NCBI GenBank assembly: GCA_013239625.1
Contig: MU053472.1
Location: 248,001 to 312,000 of the forward strand
DNA: 64,000 nucleotides
DNA from: Lama guanicoe
Taxonomy: Eukaryota
Direction: 5' to 3'
Shown here piece by piece: positions 12,536-26,175 of the stretch (positions within the stretch are counted from its first letter, which is position 1; the number at the start of each line of letters is the position of its first letter). The notes below the pieces were generated by a model. The model saw only the letters and a program-made list of their open reading frames with translations, was not told where the DNA came from and did not search any database. The position numbers and the translations under genes were made by a program.

Positions 12536-13203
12536 TGGCCACTAATAATTGTTACCTACAAATGTGATGTCCATGCTTCTGAAATTAAACTGTGTAAAAA
12601 CAACCTTGAAGGTACACAGATTCCATAAGATAAACATGGTATACTTTACCAGACTTTTAATCAATTTTAAATCAAATTTGATTTAAAGTTCCTTACCCTA
12701 GGGCCAACATGGATGTAATTTGTGGTACAATGCAAAGTTAGAATGAAATTTGTGTTCAGGCTGTGTAGGGATTTTGTTTTATACCAAGCATCTCAAACTG
12801 TGCCTAAAATACAGTAGGCACTTAGTATTTATTAAATCCCTGAAGGGATGTACTCTTCATTCCCCTCTACTCTTGGAAGACTTTGGGGGGTACTACACTG
12901 TAAATGATACTTTCATGATAGTTTTCCTGCCATTGCATTATATACTTTGCATGCTGATGGCTGTTATATGGTAAATATTATATTAACTATTCATGTAAGG
13001 AAAGAGAAAAAGAATGTCATTTTTTGAGCATGTTAGGTATTACACAGTTTCATTGTTGAGAAACCGAGTCACAGAAAGAAGTTAAGCAAGTTGCTCAAGG
13101 TCCCAAGCTAGCAAGTGACATTTCTAGTTGTCTTCCAGAGTTCATGCTCTTTACTACTTTTGTATTAAAAGTAACTTAATTACCACTAAGTCTTAACTAC
13201 TTT

Positions 13204-13710
13204 TGTAGTTAGTTATCTGCTGCAGCATGAAAAATTACTATTTTACACAGTGTCTGTGGGTCAGGTATCTGGACGTGGCCTTACTGGGTGGTTTGGGCTC
13301 AGGGCCAAGGCGATTGCAGTAAAGATGTGAGCTAGGGCTACAGTCATCTGTCTAAAGGTTTGTTGGGGCTGGAAGATCTGTTTCTAAGATGGCTCACTCA
13401 CGCATATGGCACATTTGTGCTGCCTTTTGGCAAGAGGTTTTAGTTCCTTCCCACGTGGATTCTCCATAGGACTGCTTGAGTATGCTCATGGTGTGGCCGT
13501 GGCTTTCCCCAACAGGTGATCCGAGAGAGCAAGGAGGAAGCTGCAGTGGTTAGCAGGAACTAGCCTTGGAAGTCACACACTGTCATTCCCACAGTATCAT
13601 ACTGGTTATTACTGCTCAGCCCTAGTCAGTGTGGGAGGGAAGGACAGGGGTCTGAATACCAAGAGGCAGAGATCACTGGGGGCCATCTTGAAGGCCAGTT
13701 AGGCCGCGTT
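13204..13710. mobile_element. MaLR (MLT1-type) solo LTR
   Basis: tctgtgggtcagg..., ctagggctacagtcatctg, aagatggctcactcac, gatcactggggccatcttg are MLT1 hallmarks. Confidence 0.7.
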
Positions 13711-13968
13711 GTTAATTATTCAAGTACGCAGAAAAGTTCTGTTGAACAGGTAGTGTTCTCTTCATTTTACAGATGAAGTTTTGTAACTTGCCCAGATCAC
13801 ATAGCTTAGTTAATGACGGAATTCATGCTCAGGTCTGTTTCATTCCAGAGCCTGTGCCTTTCCCTCTGTCCTGTGCCACCTCCCAAGTAATGAGTCCTTT
13901 AGGCAGTTATGCTTTTAAGAATATATACTTTAAAACACATTGACCTTAATGATATCTTTCTTCTTCAG

Positions 13969-14090
13969 CAGGTTTGATGCCAATGCAGCAACAAGGATTT
14001 CCTATGGTCTCTGTCATGCAGCCGAATATGCAAGGCATGATGGGCATGAACTACAGCTCTCAGATGTCCCAGGGACCTATTGCCATGCAG
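13969..14090 (+). CDS. SYNRG: SYNRG exon 3
   Basis: ttcag|caggtttg...atgcag|gtactt. (A)GLMPMQQQGFPMVSVMQPNMQGMMGMNYSSQMSQGPIAMQ. Confidence 0.95.
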
Positions 14091-14589
14091 GTACTTGCCT
14101 GTTTAGCTGATGTTTACAAAGTTACCGTTTGTAGTATGTTGTTACATAATAAGAGGCACATACTAGGAGCTTAATGCTACCTTTAAAAATAAGTGTTGTC
14201 TGCATCTCAGGTGGCTTCCTTCAAAATCAAACAAAAAATACATTCACAAGGGTGAAAAAAGATAAATCATTTAAGGAAAATCCGGTGACTTATGTATCTG
14301 ACTCCTGACTTGGAAGAATTTTAGAATGACGTCTTGGAAAATTCAGGGACTCGATGCCGTGAAGTAGCATTGTTAGGAGAAGTAGCACTGTTCTCACGAA
14401 AGGAGCCGTGGCATTGTTTGCAAGGCTCAGAGCCATCTTTATATTGGATTATTTTATCTAATGCCCGTAACATCTTTTTAAAGAGTTTTTCTGATGGGGA
14501 AACTGAAACTTTATAAGGCTATTCACAGAGCATAGTTAACCAAGATTTGAATGTAAGTCTTCGGTATATCTATTCTTAACCACATTATA

Positions 14590-15250
14590 CATTGAATTCT
14601 CTCTTGAGAGCATTAAGGAGCCGTTGCTTAGTTTCAAGCAGTGGAATGTCACAATCAGATTTGTATTTCAAAAAGATCATTCTGAGTGCTGATTGGAGAA
14701 TGATTGGAAGGACAGAGGGGAGCAAAAGTGGGTGAAAGAAGAATCAGAGGCTGATGTAGTAAGAGCCGGTGAGATGTTGGCTTGATTTAAGGTGGTGGCA
14801 GGTGGATGCAGATATGGATGTTTTTGAGAACTGCTTAGGAAGTAAAATCCATAGGACTTGCTGAAGGATTGGATGCTGGAAATAAAGGTGAAGGTGGTAT
14901 CAAATTGATTCTTCATTTTCTGCATGAGCAACTAACTGGTGGTGTCATTTATTAATGAGAGTAGCACTGGAAGAGATTGTTACATATTGTTGACTTTCAA
15001 GGACCCATGAAACATCCAAGTGGGCCTGTCCAGAGACCATTTAATCAGCTGACCTGGAGCTCAAGATTTTTCACTGTGGGTTGAAAATTACAATTTTGGG
15101 GATCATCCACATGTAGAAGGTAGTTGATGCCATAGGGGTGAACAGGAACATCCGAGAACACTGTCGATGGAGAAAATAGTCCAGGGTAGAGCCTTGAGGA
15201 TTTCAGTGTTTAAATCTAAGGGAGTTGCCAACAGAGGAGACTGAGGAGGA
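14590..15250 (-). mobile_element. L2 LINE fragment (antisense)
   Basis: Purine-rich aatcagatttgtatttcaaaaagatcattctg...taggacttgctgaaggattggatg pattern. Boundaries approximate. Confidence 0.6.
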
Positions 15251-17009
15251 GCAGACACAGAAGAGGGTAGGGTTGGGGGTTGGGGAGATGAAAGAAAAAA
15301 ACATGGGTTTTGGTGTCAGACCTAAATTCAAATCCCAGCTCTGCCACTTACCTGTAAAACAGGAATGTAGTAATACCTTGCCAGTACAGTTAGAGGAAGA
15401 ACTGAATGAAGGAGTTCTATAAAGCACTTGGCATTGTATCTGGCACACAGTGAGCAGAAATGGGCAAGAAGTTTTTATTTCTTATGTTAATGTTAATATC
15501 AGGAATGATCTTTCAAGTGGCATGACATTATTTCATGTTCTGTTTTAATATTCGTCTGACTATGTTTCCATGCTTTCATTGGCTCACAACCACCATTTCT
15601 GGTTGAAACATTCTTTCTTGAATAATGTTAGTAACCAGTAATAATAATAACCACCATTTGTTGTTTACATGTGCTGTATTCATTGTATGCATTATATTAT
15701 TCAGTCCTCATAACAACTCTATCAGATAAGTAATAATTTTATTCCCATTTTATAGATAACAAAACGGCAGTCAGAGATTCAATGTCCTGTTCAGTGTCGC
15801 ACAATTTATTTCAGAGCAGAGAGTGAAACCAAAGCAATCTTATGTTTTAGAGCCTGAGTTCTTAACTATTAGCTTCCCAAACTTCTGTAATTTGAGTATC
15901 ACCCTCATGATTTTTGCCATGTACTATTTAATTAACATTTTAATTGATTTAGTTTTTAACAAATTCTTAAAGGAATCTTTATCTTGCTAAGTAAATAGGA
16001 AACCTCATTTGTTATAAACCAAAATATAAGTATGATGAATTGAAACAATATTACCAATTCTAAGTACTGTTATTTATTCAAGTTTATAAACCTCATGTTT
16101 ACTTTCTTTTTGTTTAAAAAAAAAAAAAAGGAAATTATGTCTTATGTCTACAATTGACCTGCACATGGTTCATTTCAGAAGAAGAAAAAAGAGCACATGC
16201 ATGTTGTACAAACAGAGCAAATAGGGCAAAATGTTAATATTCTTTTTCCAAATTTTCCCAAAGTTTCCACTTTTAGAAAAGGGAGGAATTAGGTAAAAAT
16301 CAATAACATTTAAAATGAGCCATAATGAGAATCTGAGAGAGAATTGCAGGAGAATTGGAGAGAATTTTCCTGTCATCATGCTGAGCGTGTCCCTGCATAA
16401 CTGGTCATGATCATAGATAGTGTGGATAAAAGCAAATAATGTTTTTTGTTTTTTTAAGAATTGGTGCATGAAATCAGTATATCATGATATAATAAGTGCA
16501 GCCTAAGTAACTGGCTTTATCCACATCCATTTGGATCTCCATATCTTTGTAAATCATCTTTTTCAGCCATGATATCCAGTTAAACCGAGTAACCAAATAA
16601 ATTACATCCAGGAGTTAGATCTTCGGCTGAATCCAGAGTATTGTTAAAAAAAAAAATTCACAAATAAGCCAGAACAAAAGGGTTTTTGTACTATTAATAT
16701 TTTAAATACTGTATATTTCATTTTTACCTAATTATTTAAATTTTTCTTTTTCTACATGTTTTATCATGTATACAATATGTTAAAACAATCGCACCTGTGT
16801 ATAATTTATAAATAGATAATGTTAGGAGTTGACAGTCAGAATTTAAGTTGAAACCATTGTCATGTTGAAGTCATTTAAGCAACTGAAGCTTCTATGTTGT
16901 ATGTAAAGATTTAGGGAAATTTCCAAATCGTTCTGTATTCATTTCTAGTAGAAAGAAAATGGGAATAAATTGAGCTTTTGTAGGTTTTTACATCCAAGTT
17001 ACTCAGCTT

Positions 17010-17375
17010 TCTCTAGGTTGTACTGCATAAACAAAAATCCCCAAATCTCAGTGACTTAGAAAAACAAAGGTATATTTCTCATTTGTGAACATGTCCTTTG
17101 TGGGTTTGCTTGATTTAGCTCCATATTCTCTTTATCCTGAGACCCTTACCTAGGACATCTCAGACTCTTGGCATTAATAAAAAGAGATAGCCACACCCTG
17201 TGGTGTTCTTTAAAGCTTTCTCTCAGAGGTAGGATTTATCAGTCACTTATGCTCACAAAGTAATGTGGCCCAAACGAACATCAGCAGGGGAGTATACCAG
17301 GAGGGAGTATACGCCACGTAGCGGTGTGTCATCATTTCAGTAAGGGCAGCCAGTAATTGGAAACAATCTACCATA
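17010..17375. mobile_element. Old MaLR (MLT1J/K-like) LTR
   Basis: aacaaaaatccccaaatctcagtgactta...aaggtatatttctca...aacaatctaccata. Confidence 0.55.
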
Positions 17376-17975
17376 GAATGCAGTGTGTTTCTAAGATTTA
17401 GTAAGCTTACCGCTGAATCTGAATAACAGCTGATACTGTTTTTAAATCTTTGATTTTCACACTAAACATTGTTTCATGACCCGCGTAATTATCTGAAAAA
17501 TGTTTTTAAAGAGTTTGAAATAACCAAAAACAATAAGGATCTCTAACACAGAGAACAACAATAAAAAAGTGAACTTTCAGATTTGCTAACCCCCACATCA
17601 TTTCCCTGAGTATCAGGAACTTAGAATTAATGGTTCTAAACCAAAATCTTTTTCTTTACCCTTTAATCTTACTGACAGGCATTACACTGCTTGGAAGCTG
17701 CTCACTATTCTTAAAGGAGAAATTCATTCAGATCTTATTTTTCCCCCCCAAACTTAATATCCTTAACCAACCACAGACATGTATGAGGAAAACCCATTAT
17801 TCTTTAGCGATCACTTAAGTCTTTGAAGGGGGCACTTCCAGATATCAAGATGAAAATTAGTCTTGGTTGCTGCATAGCTCTCCACTCCCAAAAACTCATG
17901 AAAAGAAAAGATTTAGAATAAATTTTAAAGTTATTCTTACAATATTTCAAGTACGTAGGTAAGAACAGAATATAT

Positions 17976-20179
17976 TGGTGAAAAACTCAAAACCTTCCCA
18001 CTAAAATCTGGGACAAGACAAGACTGCCCACTATCACCACTCCTATTCAACATAGTCCTGGAAGTCCTAGCCACAGCAGTCAGGCAAGAGAGAGAAATAA
18101 AAGGGATCCAAATTTGAGAAGAAGAGGTAAAAGTGTCACTATATGCAGATGACATGATACTATATATAGAAAATCCTAAAAGGTCCACACAAAAACTACT
18201 AGAAATAATTGAATTCAGCAAGGTAGCAGGTTACAAGATTAACATTCAAAAATCAGTTGCATTTCTTTACACTAATGATGAATCAACAGAAAAAGAAAGT
18301 AATGAAACAATCCCCTTTAAAATAGCACCCAAAGTAATAAAATACCTAGGAGTAAATCTAACCAAGGAGGTGAAAGACTTATACACAGAAAACTATAAAA
18401 CACTGATGAAGGAAATTAAAGAAGACTTAAAAAATGGAAAGATATCCCATGCTTCTGGATTGGAAGAATCAGTATTGTTAAAATGGTCACACTGCCCAAG
18501 GCAATCTACAGATTTAATGCAATCCCTATCAAATTACCCAGGACATATTTCACAGAACTAGAACAAATCATAGTAAAATTTGTATGGAACCACAAAAGAC
18601 CTAGAATTGCCAAAGCATTACTAAAGAAAAAGAGGCTAGAGGAATAACTCTCCCAGACTTCAGACAACACTACAGAGCTACAGTTATCAAGACAGCATGG
18701 TATTGGTACAAAAACAGACTTATGGACCAATGGAACAGAATAGAGAGCCCAGAAATGAATCCACAAACTTTTGGTCAACTCATCTTCGACAAAGGAGGCA
18801 AGAATATACAATGGAATAAAGATAGTCTCTTCAGCAAATGATGTTGGGAAAACTGGACAGCAGCATGTAAATCAGTGAAGCTAGAACACTTCCTTACACC
18901 ATACACAAAAATAAACTCAAAATGAATCAAAGACTTAAACATAAGACAAGATACAGTAAACCTCCTAGAGGAAAATAAAGGCAAAACATTATCTGACATA
19001 TATCTCAAAAATGTTCTCCCAGAACAGTCTACCCAAGCAATAGAAATAAAAGCAAGAATAAACAAATGGGACCAAATGAAACTTAGAAGCTTCTGCACAG
19101 CAAAGGAAACCATAAGTAAAACAAAATGACAACCTATGGAATGGGAGAAAATTTTTGCAAATGAAACCAACAAAGGCTTGATCTCCAGAATATATAAGCG
19201 CCTCACACGATTTAATAAGAAAAAAACAGACAACCCAATCCAAAAATGGGCAGAAGACCTAAACAAGCAATTTTCCAAGGAAGAAATACAGATGATCAAT
19301 AGGCACATGAAAAAATGCTCAATATCACTAATTGTCAGAGAAATGCAAATCAAAACTACAATGAGGTATCACCTCACACCAGTCAGAATGGCCATCATTC
19401 AAAAGTCCACAAATGACAAATGCTGGAGAGGCTGTGGAGAAAAGGGAACCCTCCTACACTGCTGGTGGGAATGCAGTTTGGTGCAGCCACTGTGGAAAAC
19501 AGTATGGAGATTCCTCAAAAGACTAGGAATAGACTTACCATAGGACCCAGGAATCCCGCTCCTGGGCATATATCCAGAAGGGACCCTACTTCAAAATGAC
19601 ACCTGCACCCCAATGTTCATAGCAGCACTATTTACAGTAGCCAAGACATGGAAACAGCCTAAATGTCCATCAACAGATGACTGGATAAAGAAGATGTAGT
19701 GTATTTATACAATGGAATACTATTCAGCCATAAAAACCGACAACATAACGCCATTTGCAGCAAGATGGATGTTACTGGAGAATGTCATTCTAAGTGAAGT
19801 AAGCCAGAAAGAGAAAGAAAAATACCATATGAGATCGCTCATATGCGGAATCTAAAAACAACAACAACAACAAAAAACCAAGAATAAAAAACAGAAACAG
19901 ACTCATAGACATAGAATACAAACTTGTGGTTGCCAGGGAGATGGGGGGTAGGAAGGGACTGGATTTCAAAATGTAGAATAGATAAACAAGATTGTACTGT
20001 GTAGCACAGGGAAATATATACAGTGTCTTGTGGTGGCTAACAGCGAAAGAGAATGTGACAATGAATATATATGTATGTTCATGTATAACTGAAAAATTGT
20101 GCTCTACACTGGAATTTGACACAACATTGTAAAATGACTATAACTCAAGTAATGTTTATATATAAAAAGAGAAAAAAAT
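17976..20179 (+). mobile_element. Relatively young 5'-truncated L1 (ORF2 RT/C-terminal part + 3'UTR), sense to SYNRG
   Basis: ORF fragments [15 protein letters not shown] and MEWEKIFAN...[19 protein letters not shown]-rich tail. Perfect 14-bp TSD agaacagaatatat at 17962-17975 and 20180-20193. Stops and frameshifts are present. Confidence 0.95.
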
Positions 20180-21028
20180 AGAACAGAATATATGATGAAC
20201 ATGTGTGAGCCAGTTGCACAGCTTTATCAAAACATTTTTAGTTAAAACCTTTTATTTTGAGATAAATGTATGTACACGTTTATATAAGAAATAATACAAA
20301 GAAATCTTTTACCTAGTTCCCCAGGGGTAACAGCTTGCAAAACTAAGTATAATATTGCAACCAGGACATTGGCATCGATGTAGTCAAGATCAGAACATTC
20401 CCATCACCCCAGGGATCTCCTCTTGTTGCCATTTTATATCCAAATTCATGTCCCTCCCATTTCATACCCCCACCAATCTTTGGCAGTCACTAATATATGT
20501 TCCCCATTTCTATAATTACGTGATTTCAGCAGTGTTATCCAAGTTGAATCACTAACCTTTTGAGATTGGCTTTTTTGTGTGTGTGTGGTTCTGCATATTT
20601 CCCTTGAAATTCATCCAAGTTGTTGCATTTATCAGCATTTCATTCATTTTTATTGCTGAGTACTATTCCATTATTGGATGTAACTACTGTCTGTTTAACT
20701 GTTGACCCATTGAAGGACATCTGGGCTCTTCTTACTTTTTAGCAATGACAAATAGAGGTTTTTGTGTGATTATAATAAGGCTTCATTTCTGAGATTAATG
20801 CCCAGGAGTGCTGAGTGAGATGGTGGTTGGATGTTTAGTTTTTAAAGGAACTGTTAAACTGTGTTGTAGAGTAGTGGTATCCTTTTACAAAAATTCCCGC
20901 CAGCAGTATATGAGTGATCCAGTTTCTCTGCATCTTTGCTATTATTTGGTGTAATTGTTTGTTTCAGCCATTCTGATAGATGTGTTGTGATATCTCGTGA
21001 TTTTAAATTGCATTTCCCAAAAGACTAA

Positions 21029-21403
21029 TGTCAAAAGAAAATCCAGAAAGCTTTAGTTGATATGAATATTGGGCAAGAAGCAAACTGTTCTCAAACAGGG
21101 AGACCTCAGACTGCAAGTGCTTTCAGCAGTTACAGTTCAGTTTATAAACATGGATGAGTTCATTGTTTTATATTGTGGTTAGTTCCTAGAAACTTTCCTT
21201 CTCATTGCTAAGCTTACTTGTTTGTAACTGATTAGCTCAGAAACTGTCAGGTCACACTGACATGAAGAAAGCTTAGGTTTTGTTTAAGATCAGAGTCGAC
21301 ATTTCTGGGAAATCAGGGCAGTGTTACGTTTTGGTTGTGTGACTGAGTGTTTGGCCTAGGAGTACGTTCAAGGTGTGGTCTCCATATTGGTTTTTCTTTA
21401 ACA
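21029..21403. mobile_element. Solo LTR (probably ERV1 class) nested in L1
   Basis: TG...CA ends with imperfect inverted termini (tgtcaaaagaaaa / ttttctttaaca). 4-bp TSD ctaa at 21025-21028 and 21404-21407. The L1 reads through across it. Confidence 0.7.
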
Positions 21404-21613
21404 CTAACAATGTTGAACATCTTTTCATGTGCTTAGGTGCCACCGTTATATTCCCTTCAGAAAAATGACTCTTCTTGTCTTCCATCCATTTTCCAGTTGG
21501 AATTTTTTTTTTGTATTTTACTGTTGAGTTTCAAGAGTTCTTTATATGTTCTATATACTAGTCCTTTATTGGGTGTGTGGTTTGCAAGTATTTTCTCCCG
21601 GTCTGTAGCTTGT

Positions 21614-21963
21614 TGTCTTAGTCCATCAGGCTGCTAAAACAAAGTACCAGAGATTGGGTAGCTTATAAAGAACAAAATTTATTTCTCACAGTTCTGGAGG
21701 CGGAAAGTCCAAGATCATAGTTCCAGCATAGTCGGGTGAAGTCCTCTTCCAGGTCACAGACTTCTAGTTGTATCTTCCCACGGGGGAGGAGACTAGGGCG
21801 CTCTCTGGGATCTCTTTATAAAAGCACTAATCCCCTTCATGAGGCTTCCACTCTCATGACCTAATTAATCACCCCTCAAAGGCCCTACCAAAGATACCAT
21901 CATCTTTGGAGGTTGATTTCAACATATGAATTTTGGGGACACACAAACATTCAGACCATAGAA
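21614..21963. mobile_element. MaLR MLT1A/B-like solo LTR nested in L1
   Basis: tgtcttagtccatcaggctgct...atttatttctcacagttctggagg...aacattcagaccatag. 5-bp TSD cttgt at 21609-21613 and 21964-21968. Confidence 0.85.
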
Positions 21964-22414
21964 CTTGTCTTTTTATCCTCTTAACAGGTCCCTCTTAGAG
22001 AAAAAGAATTTTAATTTTGATGAAGCCAATTTATCAGTTTTTCATTTTATGGAGCATGTGTTGGTGTAAGTCTGAGAGTTCTTTGTCCTGCCCTAGATCC
22101 TGAAGACTTCTATGTTTTTTCTTAAAAGTTTTATGATTTTACATTTTAAGTTTAAGTTAGTTTGGATTAGTTTTTGTACAAGGTGTGAGATTTTGGTTGA
22201 GGTTTCTTTTTTTTGCCTATTGATGTGCAGTTGCTCTAGCACCACTTACTGAAAAGGCTGTCCTTCCTCTGTCTTAAGTGCTTTTGTATTTTTGTCAAAA
22301 ATCAATTGGGCATATTTGTGTGGGTGTATTCTAGGTTCACTGTACTGTTGCATTGATTTATGTGTCTACTCGTCCTGATTACAGTAGCTGTGTAAGACTG
22401 ACTCCTCCCATGTT

Positions 22415-25400
22415 TTCTCCAACTTTATCGTAGTAAAATACACATAACATAAAACTTAAGCACCTTAACGATTTTTAACTGTACAGTTCAGTGCTTTTAA
22501 ATATATTCACATTGTTGTGCAGCCGTCACCACCACTCATCCTCATAACTCTTTTCATCTTGTAAATCTGAAAATCTGTACGGTAATTCTTCATTCTTCCC
22601 TCCCCCTCACAGCCCCATGCATCCACCATCATACTTTACGTCTATGATTTTGAGTACTCTAAGTACCTCGTGTACGTGCAATCAAAGACAGTATTTGTCT
22701 TTTTGTGACTGGTTTATTTTCACTTAGCATAATGTGCTCAAAGGTTATCCATGCTGTAGCATATTGGAGAACTTCCTTCCTTTTTAAGATTGATGTTCCA
22801 TTGTGTGTATATATCACATTTTGCTTATGCATTCATTGGTCTATGGACACTTGGGTTGCTTCCGTATTTTAGCTACTGTGAACAATGCTGCTGTGAACAT
22901 GGGTGTACCAGTATCTCTTTGAGACTCTGCTTTCAGTTCTTTTGGGTATACACCCAAAGTGGAATTGCTGGGTTATACGGTAATTCTATTTTTAATTTTT
23001 TAGGGGGGAACCTCCAGACTGTTTTCCACAGCAACTGTACCATTTTGTTCCCACCAACAGTGCAAAAGATTTCTAACTTTTCCACATCCTCACTTGTTTT
23101 CTGTTTTTTGATAGGAGCCATACTAATGTATGAGATTTACATTTCCCTAATGATTAGTGATGTTAAGTATCTTTTCATGTGCTTATTGGCCATTGGTATA
23201 TCTTAGGAGAAATGTCTATTCAAGTCCTTTCCCCATTTATGAATTGAGTGTTTTGTTGTTGAGTTTTAGAAATTTCCTGTATATTTTAGATATTAACATC
23301 TTATCATACATATCATTTGCAAATATTATCTCCCATTCTGTGTTTAGCCTTTTTGCTCTGTGGTTTGTGTTTCTTAATGTACTTAAATGATTTTTGAAAT
23401 TTTTTGAAATTTTCATGAATTTCAACTTGTCTATTCTTTGTTTTGATGCCTGTGCCTTTGATATCATATTCAAGAAAATCATGGCCAAATCCAATGCTAC
23501 AGAGTTTCTGTTCTGCATTTTCTCCTAAGAGTTTTATTGTTTTAGTCCTTAAATTTAGGTTCTTCATCCTTTTGGACTTAATTTTTGTATATGGTGTTGG
23601 ATAAGGGTCCAACTTTATTCTTTTGCACGTGGATGTCTAGTTTCACAGCATAATTTGTTGAAAAGATTGTCCTTTACCCATAGAATGATCTTAGCACCCT
23701 TGTCAAAAATCATTTGACTGTATATGCAAGGATTTATTTCTCAGCGCTCTATTCTTTTCCATGGGTCTATATGTCCTAGTTTATGCGAGTACCACACTGT
23801 TTTGATTACTGTAGCTTTGTAGTAGGTTTTGAAATCAGGAAGCCTGAGTTGTCCAGGTTTGTTCTTTTTGAAAATTCCCTTGGCTATTCAGGGTCCTTTG
23901 AGAGTGCATATGAATTTTTTTTCTTTTCCTTTTTTTTTTTATTGTAGTATAGTCAGTTTACAATGTTGTTTCAAATTCTGGTGTACAGCATGTTTCAGTC
24001 ATACATATACATACGTACTCATTTTCATATTCTTTTTCATTATGGGTTACTGCAAGGTATTGAATATAGTTCCCTGTACTGTACAGAAGAAACTTGTTTA
24101 TCTATTTTAAATATAGTAGTTAGTATCTGCAAATCTCAGGCTCCCAATTTATCCCTTTCTATCCTCATTCCCCTCTGGTAACCATAAGTTTGTTTTCTAT
24201 GTCTGTAAGTCTGTTTCTGTTTTGTAAATAAGTTCATTTGTGTTTTCTCTCTCTTTTTTTTTTTTTTTACATTCCACATATAAGTGATACCATATGGTAT
24301 TTTTCTTTCTCTTTCTGGCTTACTTCACTTAGAATGATGATATCCAGCTCCATCCATGTTACTGCAAGTGGCATTATTTTATTCTTTTTGTAGCTGAGTA
24401 GTATTCCATTGTATAAATATACCACAACTTCTTTATCCAGTTGTCTGTCAGTGGACATTTAGGTTGTTTCCTCCATATGAATTTTAGAATGAATTTTTCT
24501 GTTTCTGCAAAAAATGTCATTGGAGTTTTGATAGGGATTGCATTTGTAGATTGCTTTGGGTAATATTGACATTTTAACAAAATTAAGTCTTCCAATCCAT
24601 GAACATGGATTGTGTTTCCATTTATTTATGTCTTCTTTAATTTTCTTTCAGCAGTTTTTTTGTAGTTTTCATTGTATAGTCTTTTACCTCCTTGGTTAAT
24701 ACCTAATTATTTATACTTTTTGATGCTATTTTAAATGAAGCTGTTTTTGTAATTTCCTTTTTGGATTTTTCTTTTATGTGTGTATAGAAATGCAACTGAT
24801 TTTTGTGTATTGAATTTGTATCCTGCTACTTTGCTGAATTCATTTATTCATTCTAACAGCTTTTTTGTAGAGTCTTTATGATTTTTCTACATATAAGATC
24901 ACATCATCTGCAAACAGATCATTTTACTTCTTTTCCAATTTAAATGCCTCTTATTGCCGCCCCACTTCACCCCCCAGTTGCTCTGGCTAGAATTTCCATT
25001 ACTGTTTTGAATAGAAATAGTGAAAGCAGGCATCCCTGCCTTAGTCCTGATCTTAGGATAAAAAGGCTTTCTTTCTTTCACTGTTGAGTATGATGTTCAG
25101 TGTGGGGTTTTTATATATGATCTGCATTGTGTTGAGATAATTTTTTTCTATTCATAATTGAGTGTTTTGGGTCATGAAATGGTTTTGAATTTTGCCAAAT
25201 GCTTTTTCTGCATCAATTGAGATGACCATGTGGGGTTTTTCTCCCTTTGTTCTGTTAATATGGTATATTTTATGGATCGTTTTCCATATATTAAGCCATT
25301 CTTGCATTCTAAGAATAAATCCCACTTGGTCATGGTGTATAATCCTTTTAATATGCTGCTGAATTCTGTTTGCTGATATTTTGTTGAAGATTTTTGCATT

Positions 25401-25653
25401 CGTGTTCATGAAAGTATTGATCCATAGTTTCCTTTCTTGTGTCTTTGTTTGGCTTTGGTACCAGGGTTATGCTGGCCTCAGAATGAGTTAGGAAATTTTC
25501 TCTCCTCTTCAATTTTTTGGAAAAGTTTGTGAAGAATTGCTATTATTTCTTCTCTAAATATTTGGTATGGTTCATCAGCAAAGCTATCAGGGTCGGCTTT
25601 TTTTGTTGGGAAATTTTGATTTACTGATTTAATCTCGTTAGCTGTCTAGGACA
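22415..25653 (-). mobile_element. Second antisense L1 (L1MA/MB-like, ~3.2 kb) nested in the older L1
   Basis: Minus-strand ORF2 RT fragments ([31 protein letters not shown]). Degenerate TSD gactcctcccatgtt (22400-22414) / gattcctctcatgtt (25654-25668). Confidence 0.8.
23919..24473 (-). mobile_element. Younger L1 3' fragment nested in the second L1
   Basis: Poly-T head and artiodactyl-type L1 3'UTR. 12-bp TSD catatgaatttt at 23907-23918 and 24474-24485. Confidence 0.85.
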
Positions 25654-26175
25654 GATTCCTCTCATGTTATTCTTCTTTTCAGAATTGTTTTAAGTATTCA
25701 AAGTTCCTCTGCCTTTCATATAAATATCACAGTAGTAGTGTCTAGATCTGCAAAAACTCTTGCTAGAGTTTTTATAGGAATTATATTAAACTTTTATGTC
25801 AGTTTGGGGAAATTGACATATTTAATATGTAGTCTTTCAATATGTAGACATGATATGTCTTTCCATTTATTTAGGTCATCTTTGGTTTCTTTCATTAGCA
25901 TTGTATGGTTTTCAACATAAGTCTTGCAAATATATTGTTAGATTTGCATTTAAGTATTTCACTCTTGAGTAATTGTAAATGGTATATTTTTCATTGCACT
26001 GTCATGTGTTCATTGCTGGTATATTGAAATACAAATTTATTTTTATATGTTTGTCTTGTAACCTGAAACTTTGCTGAATTCACTTATTCTAGGAAGTTTT
26101 GTATAGATTCCTTGGGATTTTGTAGACAGTCATGTCATCCTTTTATCAAATTTTAACATGTCTTTTTTGCTTCAC

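Larger units (their letters stand above)
20240..26150 (-). mobile_element. Old antisense L1 (L1M-type) hosting nested insertions
   Basis: Antisense L1 3'UTR/ORF2 sequence resumes collinearly after each nested insert. Confidence 0.8.

Noticed and set aside
17937..25409. ORFs with RT-like or hydrophobic translations as independent genes
   Set aside because: Broken L1 ORF2 pieces and their antisense frames.
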